A stretch of 64,000 nt of DNA from an uncultured Gemmatimonadales bacterium. Lineage in GTDB: Bacteria > Gemmatimonadota > Gemmatimonadetes > Gemmatimonadales > GWC2-71-9. Location: NCBI GenBank assembly GCA_963779755.1, contig CAVZZO010000003.1, positions 1,536,001 through 1,600,000 of the forward strand, written 5' to 3'. The notes beneath the pieces are model-generated. The model did no database searches, was not told the origin of the DNA, and worked only from the letters and a program-made list of their open reading frames with translations. Shown piece by piece: positions 39,173-48,617 of this stretch. Every line of letters begins with the position of its first letter. Positions within the stretch are counted from its first letter, which is position 1. The position numbers were made by a program, and so were the translations under genes.

Positions 39173-39365
39173 ACCGGACTCCGGTCGTGCGCTGAGGGAT
39201 CGTCCATTGTAATACCGGCGCCGCCCCGCCGCCCGGGAAGAACCGGCACCTGCTTGACGCGGACCGTGCCGCTCCCTATATCAGCCTACCGCCTTATCAC
39301 CGTTCCCTGCGGCGGGCCGGTTCTCCGGCCCGGGCGTCCCACCCTTTGCCCCCTGGAGGTCCCAT

Positions 39366-39560
39366 ATGTCCCGCTTTACCAGCAGGGATCTGATGGTCTC
39401 CGTCCTGCCGGAGGATGGAGTCGAGTTGATGGCCGGTCCCAAAGGATGCTTGAAAAACACTACCGGGTGCACCAACGTGACCAAAAAGCTGTACCCCGAG
39501 CTCTCCGGCCCGGACGACCTGGCCCTTCTGCAGGAGCAACTCACGCTGGCACAGCTGTAG
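39366..39560 (+). CDS. Putative RiPP (lanthipeptide-like) precursor peptide, 64 aa
   Basis: Strong GGAGGT RBS, core GCLKNTTGCTNVTKK, first gene ahead of the lyase and kinase-LanC genes. Confidence 0.8.
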   Translation: MSRFTSRDLMVSVLPEDGVELMAGPKGCLKNTTGCTNVTKKLYPELSGPDDLALLQEQLTLAQL

Positions 39561-39566
39561 GCTTCC

Positions 39567-39596
39567 GGGCGGAAGCGCCGATCCGTGCTTCCGCCC
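39567..39596 (+). terminator. Stem-loop after the precursor gene
   Basis: gggcggaagc-N10-gcttccgccc, a perfect 10-bp stem with no strong U-tract. May attenuate or stabilise the transcript. Confidence 0.55.
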
Positions 39597-39613
39597 CTGT
39601 TCCTCCCTCCCCG

Positions 39614-40762
39614 ATGTCCACACTCCAGGAGTCGTTATTGCAGCGGCGATTCCGGGCTGCTTCCGCGTGGCGGATGGCAGCCTGGGACCGGTTGAGCCCG
39701 GGACGGCAGGCGTGGCTGCGTTCCTTCCGCGGCGATGACGATTTCTTCGGCATTCTGGAGCCCCGGGAGGCAGGGCCCGGCGTTCAGGCGATCTCCCGGC
39801 CCACCGCCCGGCTCTTCCAGCGGCTGGGGCGCCCAGCGCGCCTTCCCGCCGAGTTTCTCGAACAGGAAGGCGCCGCCGCCGCCCGCACCGCGGCCCGCCT
39901 GGTGCTGGACGGCGTCCTGGAAATCGAAGGCGACGGCGCCTTCGTGGGCGGACCGGCGGCGCATGCGGTCCTCTTCACCCCCACCGCGCCGGCCATCCCG
40001 CGCAGCGGAACGGCCCGGCTCTCCCGGGCCGCATTGCATTACGGCGAATCGCTGCGCCTGCGTGACGCTGCCCTGCTCGCTGCCCGGCTCTACCGGTTCA
40101 ATACCGAACCCGCGACCCCGCGCCTGCGCCGCGACCTCGGCGGCCGCGATGCGATTGGCCGGCTGCTCCGGAGCACGGGAATCTCCTGGGTGCAGAACCC
40201 GGCGCGCGCATGGCTCACCTGGGCTCCGCCGCGGCCCGGTCCTCCGGTCGAAGGGCGGCGCCACTACAAGCTCTACCTGAGCATCCCCGCCGCCCACCTG
40301 CCTGACGCGCTCCCGACCGCGCTCGGCGTCCTCCGCCGGGTGCCGGGTATCGATTCGGCCAAGCTGGGCGCAGACATTCCCGGCCTGATCCGGCCCGACA
40401 AGTTCGTGGTCTACTTTGCCCGCCGGCGTGACCTGCGCGCGGCAGCCCGGCTGCTGGCCCCCGCGCTCGAGGGCCTCCCGGCGCAGGGCGTTCCCTTCAG
40501 TGCCGGGCTGGAGCGCCGGGGCGTGCTCTCCTGGGGCGCCGAGCCGGCGGCCGACGAACCCGTTCCCGCGGGGTGGCAGGGCACCAGCTGGAGGACTCGC
40601 ATCGTCAGCCGGCTCGCCTCCGCGATGGCGGCGGCGCTCGCGCTGGACCACGCGCCTGTGCCCCCCTGGCGCTTTGCCCAGGACCGCCTGAGCCTCGACG
40701 GGGTCGATCCCAGGACCTGGACCCCAACCCCCGCCTTCCACTCGGACGGCGGCTCGCCATGA
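39614..40762 (+). CDS. HopA1-like domain protein (putative phosphoSer/Thr lyase)
   Basis: RLYRFN, YKLYLS, AKLG, RPDKFVVYF, GVPFSA and LSWG-EP...SWR motif order. Start MSTLQ inferred. Confidence 0.7.
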   Translation: MSTLQESLLQRRFRAASAWRMAAWDRLSPGRQAWLRSFRGDDDFFGILEPREAGPGVQAISRPTARLFQRLGRPARLPAEFLEQEGAAAARTAARLVLDGVLEIEGDGAFVGGPAAHAVLFTPTAPAIPRSGTARLSRAALHYGESLRLRDAALLAARLYRFNTEPATPRLRRDLGGRDAIGRLLRSTGISWVQNPARAWLTWAPPRPGPPVEGRRHYKLYLSIPAAHLPDALPTALGVLRRVPGIDSAKLGADIPGLIRPDKFVVYFARRRDLRAAARLLAPALEGLPAQGVPFSAGLERRGVLSWGAEPAADEPVPAGWQGTSWRTRIVSRLASAMAAALALDHAPVPPWRFAQDRLSLDGVDPRTWTPTPAFHSDGGSP

Positions 40763-43150
40763 CGCTGACGGAGCCGCTGGTCCTGCGCCCGGACGTGCTG
40801 ATCATCCCGGTGCCCCGGCTCCCGGACCGGATTCGGCGGCAGATCCAGGCCGACCCTTCCGAATTTGCCGTGACTCTGCGCCACGGACGGGGTGGCTCGC
40901 GCGTGGTGACGGCCGAGACCGCCCGGCTGCTGGAAGGTTTCCGGTCGCCCAGCCGCGTGGTCGAGGTCGTCCTGCGGTACAGCAGGGAGCAGGGAGTGCC
41001 ACCCGATCGGTTGCTCGCCGACGTCTTTCCCGTTGTGAGCGACTGTTTCAACCAGCGATTTCTGGTTCCGGCCGCTTCGCCCGATGCCCGCCGCATCGAG
41101 CCGCTGCTGGCAAGCGGCGCGCGGGTGGCCGGCTGCGAGATCCGCCGGCTGGTTCATCTGCTGGAGGACACCGAGGTCTACCAGGGGCTCGCTTCCTCGG
41201 GCCGGGCCGTGGCCGTCAAGCTGGCCCGGTCCGGCTCGCGTGTCGTACGCGAGGCGTTTCGGCGCGAGGCCACCGTCCTGCGCCGGCTCCGGGGAAGGGG
41301 CGCACCGCGGGTGCTCAGGGCCGCCAACCGGCAGGGGCGGCCCTGCCTGGTCCTCGAGTGGTGCGCCGGGGTGCCGCCCACCATCACCCCCGGGGGGCCG
41401 TCGTCCCCCGGCGAGCGGATGCGGCTGCTGCTGGCCATCCTCCGCCGCTACGCGCGGCTGCATGGCCTGGGCGTGCTCCACGGCGACGTCCATCCGGATA
41501 ACATCCTGGTTGACCGGCGCGGCGGGGCGACGCTGCTGGATTTCGGCCAGTCGGCCCTCACCCGGGGCCGGCCTCCCGTTGCGCCCGGCCCCCGGGGCGG
41601 TGTGGCCTGGTATCTCGATCCCGAGTATGCCGGGGCGCTTCTTCGCGGCGAGCCGGATCCGCCGCTCACCGCCGCGGCGGAGCAGTACAGCCTGGCCGCC
41701 CTCGCCTATCGCCTGCTCACCGGCGACCACTACCTGGAGTTCGGGCTGGAGCGCCCGGTGCTGCTCCGCCAGATCGTGTCGGACGACCCGCTCCCCTTTG
41801 CCCGCCGCGGCACCGAGCCCTGGCCCGCGGTGGAAGCGGTGCTCGAGCGGGCGCTGGCCAAGGATCCGGGTGCCCGCTACCGGTCGGTCGCGGCATTCGC
41901 CCGGGCACTCCGCGCGGCCGCCGCTCGCCCGCGACCGGGCGGGCGGGTCCCCAGGAAGGAGGGGGCCGAACTGGAACATGCCGTTCGGCAAACCATTGAC
42001 CTGCTGGACCCGTCTGCCGCGCTCTTCGGCGGCGCGCTGGAGGCGCCTTCCTGTTCGGTGTGCTATGGATCGGCCGGGATCGCCTTCGCGCTCTACCGCT
42101 TCGCCTCGATGCGCCAGAGCCCGGCGTTGCTGGCCGCCGCCGACAGCTGGCTCACCCGCGCCGAGCGGGAGAGCGGCCACCCGGGCGCGTGGCACAACCC
42201 GGCGATCGACATGGGCGCCGGCGACGTGGGCCCGATCTCGCTTCTCAACACGCCCGCCGGGCTGCATCTGGTCCGGGCCCACCTGGCTCAGGCCGTGGGA
42301 GACCAGGAGGAGCTGACCCGGGCGGTCGAGCGGTTTCTCGACGCGTCCAGCACCCCCTGCGACAGGCTCGACCTCTTCCTCGGCCGGGCCGGCACGCTGC
42401 TGGGCATCGTTCTGCTGCTCGAGTTGCTGCCGGAGGGGGCAACCGCCGCCGCGGCCAGCCTGCGGAACGCGGGCACGGAAGCGAGTAGATTTCTCCGGGA
42501 CCATATCAATGCACTGCCGGTGCCCGGTGCCACCGGCGGCTTCAGCACCCTGGGCATGGCTCACGGATGGGCGGGCCTGCTCTACGCGCTGCTCTGCTGG
42601 CAGCGGGTCTCGGGGACCGCGCCACCGGCCTGGCTGGACCCGCGCCTGACCGCAACTGGCGGCTCTGGCCGAGCCGGTGGGACGGGGTCTGGGGTGGGTC
42701 AATGCCCTGCCGGCGGGGAACGAGGCCGCGGCGCCGGCAGCGGGCTGGTGCAAGGGAGCCGCGGGGTTCGTGCATCTCTGGCTGGAGTCCCATCGTAGCG
42801 GTGGGAACCGGGATCACCTCCGGCTGGCGGAGGCGAGCGGATGGACTGCCTGGGAGGCGGCCGAGCCGATGTCCAATCTCTGTTGCGGCGTCGCCGGCCG
42901 CGGATATGCCCTGCTGCGGCTGTACCGGCACACCGGATCGCCGGTGTGGCTGGAGCGCGCCCGGCGCCTCACCCTGCATGCGGTACGATCGCTGCGCCAC
43001 ACGGCGCGCGACCCCCAGGCCATGAGCCTCTACAAGCATTGGCTGGGGATCGCGCTGCTGGCGGCCGACCTGCAACGACCCGAACAGGCCTGCATGCCGC
43101 TGTTCGAGAGCGAAGGCTGGCCCGTCTCCGCCCCGGGAACCCATGGCTGA
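40759..43150 (+). CDS. Ser/Thr kinase-LanC cyclase fusion (lanthipeptide synthetase-like) with one frameshift near 42650
   Basis: Kinase: VAVK, HGDVHPDNIL, DFG. LanC: YGSAGIA, DLFLGRAG, GMAHGWAG, then in the shifted frame GWCKGAAG, LCCGVAG and SLYK-WLG-ALL. Confidence 0.85.
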
Positions 43151-46100
43151 TCTGAGGACCCTGCTGCAGGCCTCGCTCGAGGGCCGCTATCAGGTGGAGC
43201 GGCAGCTTGGTCGTGGCGGCATGGCCATGGTCTACCTTGCCCGCGACCTGCGCCACGACCGCCGGGTTGCCATCAAGGTGCTGCTCCCGGAGCTGGCGGC
43301 CGGCATCAGCGCCGAGCGGTTTGCCCGCGAGATCCGGGTGGCGGCGAACCTGAGCCATCCCAACATTCTGCCGCTGTACGATTCCGGCCTGCTGCAGTTA
43401 CCCATGGCCGAAGGTCAAAGGTCGAGGATCGGAGGGGAGGCTTCGGACTTCGAGAGGACGCCGCTGGCCGTCCCCTACTACGTCATGCCCTACGTGGAGG
43501 GTGAATCGCTGGCGCAGCGGCTCCACCGGGAAAGCCAGCTCCCCATCGAAGAGGCGCTGGAGATCGCCGAACAGGTCGCCGCCGCGCTGGCGGCGGCGCA
43601 CGAACAGGGCGTCATCCACCGCGATATCAAGCCGGAAAACATTCTGCTCTCGGGCGGCCGCGCCATGGTGGCCGACTTCGGGATCGCCCGGCCGGTGAGC
43701 GCCGAGGAGACCGCGCGGCTCACCGACACCGGACTCATCGTGGGCACGCCGGAGTACATGAGTCCCGAGCAGATTGCGGGCGACCCCCGGCTGGACAGCC
43801 GCAGCGACATCTACAGCCTGGCCTGCGTGGTGTACGAGATGCTGGTGGGGGAGCCGCCGTTCACCGGGCCCACGCCCCAGAGCATCCTGGCGCGCCATAC
43901 GCTGGAACGGGTCCACAGCATGCGCAACGTGCGCGACACCATTCCGGAGTCGGTCGAGCTCGCCGTGGCGCGCGGGATGGCCAAGGCCCCGGTGGACCGG
44001 TTCCGTACCGCCGCCGATTTTGCGCGTGCGTTGCGCGCCCCCGCCCCCCCGCCGACCCGGGAATATCCCGCTCTCGCTCCCGGCCGGCCTCGCGCGCGCT
44101 GGATGCTGGCGGCGGCCCTCACGGTATTGGTCCTGGTCGCCGTGGCGATCGGCTACCGTCTCCGGGACCGCCCGCCGCGGCCCCTCGCGCTGGATCCTGC
44201 CCGAGTGGCGGTTCTCCCCTTCCGGATCACCGGCACGGACGACAGCGCCTCACGGCTGCTGGCGCGGAGCGCGAGCGATCTTCTGGCCCAGCGGCTGCCC
44301 GGTGGTGGCGGTCCCGCGGCGGTGGATCCCGGCACCGTGAGCGGCGCGCTCAACCGCCTCCCGGCGCCGGACCGCGCGGCCCTCACCCCGACCATCGCGA
44401 GCCGGGTCGCGGGCATGGTGGGCGCGGGACAGGTTCTGCTGGGCGATCTCTGGACCGGCGACGGCCGGGTCGTGCTGAATGCCACCCTGCTGGACGCCCG
44501 CAACCAGCAGCCGATCACCCGGGTAGAGAACGTGCGGGGCCCGCCGGACAGCCTGTCGTCGCTGCTGGATCGTTTCACCACCGAGCTGCTGGTGCGTGCC
44601 GCGGGCGAAGCCGACCGGCTGCCGGAACTGCTCGGCCATCCGCTGCCGGCCTTGCGCGCCTACCTGGGAGGCACACTGGCCTATGCCGGCGGCAGGTTCT
44701 CCGAGGCCGCCGACCGCTACATGGCCGCCTTGCAAGCCGATCCCTCGCTGGCGGCCGCCACCCTGGGGCTTGCCTCGCTCTCTACCCTGGAGAAGGTGGA
44801 CGCCTGGCGGGACTCCGCCTGGCGGCGGCGGTCGGAGCTCATGCCGGCAGACCGGGCCTACCTCGCGGCCCTGGTGGGCCCGCGCTATCCCCGGGAATCG
44901 TCCGTAGCCGAGCGGTTGGCCGCCTGGGAGAAGGTGGTGGCGGCCGACCCCAACCACTGGGAGCGCTGGTACCAGCTGGGCGAACTGCTCTACCATTCCG
45001 GCCCGCTGCTCGGCGTGCCCGGGATCCACGAGCGGGCCGGGGCCGCATTCCGCCGGACCCTGGACCTGGCCCCCCGCTTCGTGCCGGCCCTGGGGCACCT
45101 GCTGGACCTGGCCGCGAGCGACACCGACACCGCCCAGGTGCGAGCCCTGGGCACGCGGTACCTCGCGCTGGACTCGGTGGGCGACCTGGCCGACTACTAC
45201 CGCTGGCGCATCGCCGTAGCGCTGGGCGACAGCCTCGCGCTGGCGCGGCTGCGCGGCCGCTTCAGCGACCTGAGCGTCGCCACGCTCGACCGCATCATCG
45301 AGATGTCCCAGCTGGACGGGGTCGCCCTGAGCGATGCCGTGCGGGCCGCGCAGGCACTGCGCAGCGGAAGCGGCCTGAGCGGCGACACCCGCGTGGCGTT
45401 CATGAAGCTGCAGGAGATCGCGCTCAACCGGGGACGACCGAAAGAAGCCGCCGACCTGTCCCGCCAGCAGACCTCTGAAATTTCCATCCGGCCGCGGGAC
45501 CGGTTCACGTCGGTGGCGGATGCGCTCTACTGGGGCGCGGACACGGTCCAGGCCGCGCGGCTGGTCCAGCAGTCGGCCGCGATCGCCGATGCGCCGGCAC
45601 GCCCCGGCGAGCCGGACAGCTCCGACGCCTACTTCGACGTGTGCGCCACCGGGCTCTGGCGCGCAGCGCGGGGAGAGATGGCTACCCTGCCCCGCCTCAT
45701 CACACGGCTACGCCGGGTCGCTCACCCCTTCGACCAGTTCCAGACGGGCTACATCGGCCTCTGCGCCGAAGTGCTGGAGACCCAACTCGCCTCCTCCCTC
45801 CGCCGGCCCGACCTTCCGGTGCTGGTGAACCGGCTGGACAGCCTCATGCGCACCGGACCGCCCTCGATTACCTGGATGCTGGTGGGGTCGAACCTGACGG
45901 TGGCGCGGTTGCGCGAGGCCCAGGGCGACTATCCCGCCGCGCTGGCCGCCACCCGGCGGCGGATCTACGTGACCGACCTGGGAGAAATCCGGATCCTGGT
46001 GGGGCTTTCATCCTTCCTGCGGGAGGAAGGCCGGCTCGCCGTCCTGGCGGGCGACACCACCGCGGCGGTGAGCGCCTACAGTCACTATCTGGCGTTGCGG

Positions 46101-46190
46101 GACGATCCGGAGCCGGGGGTGAAGCCGGAGGTGGAGAAGGTGCGGGCGGCCTACCTCGCCCTTGAAAAAGGACTGGGAGAAAAGGACTGA
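43143..46190 (+). CDS. Hanks Ser/Thr kinase with TM segment and TolB-N/TPR-like region
   Basis: GRGGMA-V, VAIK, HRDIKPEN, DFG, GTPEYMSPE, TM and VAVLPF. Overlaps the LanC stop by 8 bp. Confidence 0.92.
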   Translation: MADLRTLLQASLEGRYQVERQLGRGGMAMVYLARDLRHDRRVAIKVLLPELAAGISAERFAREIRVAANLSHPNILPLYDSGLLQLPMAEGQRSRIGGEASDFERTPLAVPYYVMPYVEGESLAQRLHRESQLPIEEALEIAEQVAAALAAAHEQGVIHRDIKPENILLSGGRAMVADFGIARPVSAEETARLTDTGLIVGTPEYMSPEQIAGDPRLDSRSDIYSLACVVYEMLVGEPPFTGPTPQSILARHTLERVHSMRNVRDTIPESVELAVARGMAKAPVDRFRTAADFARALRAPAPPPTREYPALAPGRPRARWMLAAALTVLVLVAVAIGYRLRDRPPRPLALDPARVAVLPFRITGTDDSASRLLARSASDLLAQRLPGGGGPAAVDPGTVSGALNRLPAPDRAALTPTIASRVAGMVGAGQVLLGDLWTGDGRVVLNATLLDARNQQPITRVENVRGPPDSLSSLLDRFTTELLVRAAGEADRLPELLGHPLPALRAYLGGTLAYAGGRFSEAADRYMAALQADPSLAAATLGLASLSTLEKVDAWRDSAWRRRSELMPADRAYLAALVGPRYPRESSVAERLAAWEKVVAADPNHWERWYQLGELLYHSGPLLGVPGIHERAGAAFRRTLDLAPRFVPALGHLLDLAASDTDTAQVRALGTRYLALDSVGDLADYYRWRIAVALGDSLALARLRGRFSDLSVATLDRIIEMSQLDGVALSDAVRAAQALRSGSGLSGDTRVAFMKLQEIALNRGRPKEAADLSRQQTSEISIRPRDRFTSVADALYWGADTVQAARLVQQSAAIADAPARPGEPDSSDAYFDVCATGLWRAARGEMATLPRLITRLRRVAHPFDQFQTGYIGLCAEVLETQLASSLRRPDLPVLVNRLDSLMRTGPPSITWMLVGSNLTVARLREAQGDYPAALAATRRRIYVTDLGEIRILVGLSSFLREEGRLAVLAGDTTAAVSAYSHYLALRDDPEPGVKPEVEKVRAAYLALEKGLGEKD

Positions 46191-46246
46191 GAGAAAAGGG
46201 GCCCACCTGTGGCTCTTTTCTCTCAGTCCCTTCTTCTTTTCTCTCC

Positions 46247-48049
46247 TTAGTAATCCACCGGCCTCAGATAGTACTCTCCGATCGCCGTCTGGCTCAGCAT
46301 CGCCACCGTGGGCAGGCGCCGTTTCCAGTGGGTGGATTCCAGGCGTTTACGCACCAGTGCCACCTCGGCTTCGCTGTAGCCCAGCCGGGTGACCTCCTCC
46401 GGGGTATAGCCCTGGAGCAGCAGGTGGAGGATGTGGTCGGCTTTGGGGTAGGAGATGCCCAGGTCGCCCTCGTCGGTCTGGCCGTGAATCAGGTCGGCGC
46501 TGGCGGGCTTGTCCACGATCACCTCCGGCACGCCCACGTGCCGGGCCAGCGCCCAGACCTGGCTCTTGAAGAGATCGCCGATGGGATTGACCGGCGGCGA
46601 GTCGTCGGCGTGCCAGGTGAAATAGCCGAAGAGCCGCTCCGTCTTGTTGCCGGTGCCCAGCGGCAGCGCCTTCCGGGCAGCCGAGAGATCGAACAGCACG
46701 ATCATCCGGGTGCGGGCCATCACGTTGCCCCGGCGGGTATCGTCGCTGCCGCCCACCGCCTCGACCAGCCCGTCCACCGCCGCACTGATCTCCACCGTGC
46801 ATCCCTCGATGCCGAGCTGGTCGATCACCAGCTGCGCATGGCTCATGCTCTCGGGACTGCTGGTACGATAGGGCATCCGCACGCCGATCACGTTCTCCGC
46901 CCCCAGGGCTTCGGCCGCCAGGAAGGCCACCAGGCTGCTGTCCACGCCGCCCGAGAGGCCGACGATTGCCTTGTCGAACCCGCGCCGCCGCGGCAGCTCG
47001 TCGCGGATGAACTCCACCAGCCAGCGGCGGGTGAGGGCGGGGTCGATGGCGAGGGGATCGGACAGACGGTCGGGCGGACGGGCGGACGGGCGGTCGGCTG
47101 ATTTATTCCGGGGCGACGCATTGGGAGGTGCAGAGGCTATCTGGCCGTTCTCGGAAACGCCCTCACCGGCCGCCTGTCCGCCCGACCGCCCGACCGCCTG
47201 CAGCAGCCCCGGCAGCTTCACTTCCAGGTCCGACAGGAGCGGCGAATCGGCCCGGGCGCGGGTGATGTCGTCCAGATCGATGGTGACCGGCTCGAGCGCG
47301 CTCTGGAACAGCGGCAGCTCGGCCAGCAATTCGCCCCGGGGGTTCACCAGAATGGACCCGCCGGCAAAGCCCTTGCCGCCCTCGAAGCCCACCAGCTGCA
47401 CCAGCGCCACGAAGACGCCGTGCTCCTCCGCGATCCCTTTGGCCAGTCGTTCCCAGCGCTGGAGATTATCGGGCCGGCCCCGCGCCTCCGGGCTGATGCC
47501 GCGGCCCGGTGTGGCGCTGGGGATGATGATCATCTGGGCGCCGTCGAGCGCGGCCAGGGTGGCAGTGAGCGAATGCCAGGCATCCTCGCAGATCAGCATC
47601 GCGGCTCGGCCCCAGCGGGTGTCGAACGCCTGAACCGAGCGGCCCGGCTCAACGAACCGCTCCTCGTCGAACACTCCGTAGGTGGGGAGAAATACCTTGC
47701 GGTGGATATGCCGGATTCCGGCCTGGTCGCCCCCCAGCGTGGCGTAGAGCGAAGAATTGTGGAGCCGGTTCTGCCACACTTCGTAGAACCCGATCGCGAT
47801 ATCCAGCGGCGGCCCGGCGGCCTCGCCGTGGACCCGGCTCAGATCCTGGTAGAACTCCTCGGCGGGAAGCGCCAGCTCGCGCACGCCACCCTCGAGGAAA
47901 TACCCGGTGAGGGCCGACTCGGGCGCCAGCAGCAGGTCGGGGGCCTCGGGCCAGCCGGCCACCTCGCGGAAGACCGCGCCGAGTTGCGCCAGGTTATCGC
48001 GGTAGGCAGCCTTCCGGGGATGGAGCTGCGCGAGGGCAAGGCGGAGCAT
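46247..48049 (-). CDS. nadE: Glutamine-dependent NAD+ synthetase (nitrilase domain plus synthetase domain)
   Basis: PE---GY, K--LPTYGVFDE-R, ICED-W, GLSGGVDSS, GN-MAR-RM, GTGNKTE and PASADL--GQTDE. Confidence 0.93.
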   Translation of the reverse strand: MLRLALAQLHPRKAAYRDNLAQLGAVFREVAGWPEAPDLLLAPESALTGYFLEGGVRELALPAEEFYQDLSRVHGEAAGPPLDIAIGFYEVWQNRLHNSSLYATLGGDQAGIRHIHRKVFLPTYGVFDEERFVEPGRSVQAFDTRWGRAAMLICEDAWHSLTATLAALDGAQMIIIPSATPGRGISPEARGRPDNLQRWERLAKGIAEEHGVFVALVQLVGFEGGKGFAGGSILVNPRGELLAELPLFQSALEPVTIDLDDITRARADSPLLSDLEVKLPGLLQAVGRSGGQAAGEGVSENGQIASAPPNASPRNKSADRPSARPPDRLSDPLAIDPALTRRWLVEFIRDELPRRRGFDKAIVGLSGGVDSSLVAFLAAEALGAENVIGVRMPYRTSSPESMSHAQLVIDQLGIEGCTVEISAAVDGLVEAVGGSDDTRRGNVMARTRMIVLFDLSAARKALPLGTGNKTERLFGYFTWHADDSPPVNPIGDLFKSQVWALARHVGVPEVIVDKPASADLIHGQTDEGDLGISYPKADHILHLLLQGYTPEEVTRLGYSEAEVALVRKRLESTHWKRRLPTVAMLSQTAIGEYYLRPVDY

Positions 48050-48080
48050 GGGGGAAGTATAAGGCGGGAAGGGCAGTAAG

Positions 48081-48150
48081 GGCGGTACGGCGGGACGGCG
48101 GGACGGCGGGACGGCGGGACGGCGGGACGGCGGGACGGCGGGACGGCGGT
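48081..48150 (+). repeat. Octamer array (ggcgggac)x7 plus variants
   Basis: Perfect units at 48089-48144; inverted partner (taccgccg)n at 48576-48606. Confidence 0.92.
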
Positions 48151-48162
48151 GGCTGTCAATGG

Positions 48163-48528
48163 TCAAGAGGATTTCGCAACCGACCGGTAGAGTCTCCAGG
48201 TCAGTTGGCCGGCACGATTCCGCAATTCATTGAGCTGTTCCCACTGCTTCACCTCGAGGTACCCGAGATCCCGGGCAAGACGAAGACAATAAGACAACTC
48301 GGACAGCGAACCGAGGGCGATATCCAGGTACCTGCGAAATTCCCGCGGGCCTTTCTTGGCACAGCCCTCGGCGATGTTCATCGGAGCAGAGAATGCGGCA
48401 CGGCGTGTCTGCGAAACCAGCCCGTAGAGCTCCGCCTTGGGCCATGTCCGGGTAGCCCCATAGACGGCCAGCGTGAGTTGGTGATTTACCTTCCAGGCTT
48501 CGAAGCGCTCGTAGGGTAGCATGGGCAT
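48163..48528 (-). CDS. Four-helix-bundle protein (23S rRNA IVP/Avd-like family)
   Basis: AWK--H-L---VY--T--WP--ELYGL-SQ-RRAA-S--MNIAEG ... F-RYL-IA-GSLSE. Confidence 0.93.
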   Translation of the reverse strand: MPMLPYERFEAWKVNHQLTLAVYGATRTWPKAELYGLVSQTRRAAFSAPMNIAEGCAKKGPREFRRYLDIALGSLSELSYCLRLARDLGYLEVKQWEQLNELRNRAGQLTWRLYRSVAKSS

Positions 48529-48617
48529 AACGTATCTCAGGTAAGGCTCAACCCAGCGTCAAATAGCCGGAGAACTACCGCCGTACCGCCATACCGCCGT
48601 ACCGCCTATTTTACGTC

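Noticed and set aside
39254..39282. Sigma-70 promoter TTGACG-N17-TATATC upstream of the RiPP precursor
   Set aside because: Plausible, but the -10 lacks the conserved final T. Too weak to list without transcript data.
37391..39613. 1123-aa ORF 37391-40762 as a single protein
   Set aside because: The first ~740 codons are antisense to 37505-39172 and overlap the precursor out of frame. Only 39614-40762 shows protein motifs.
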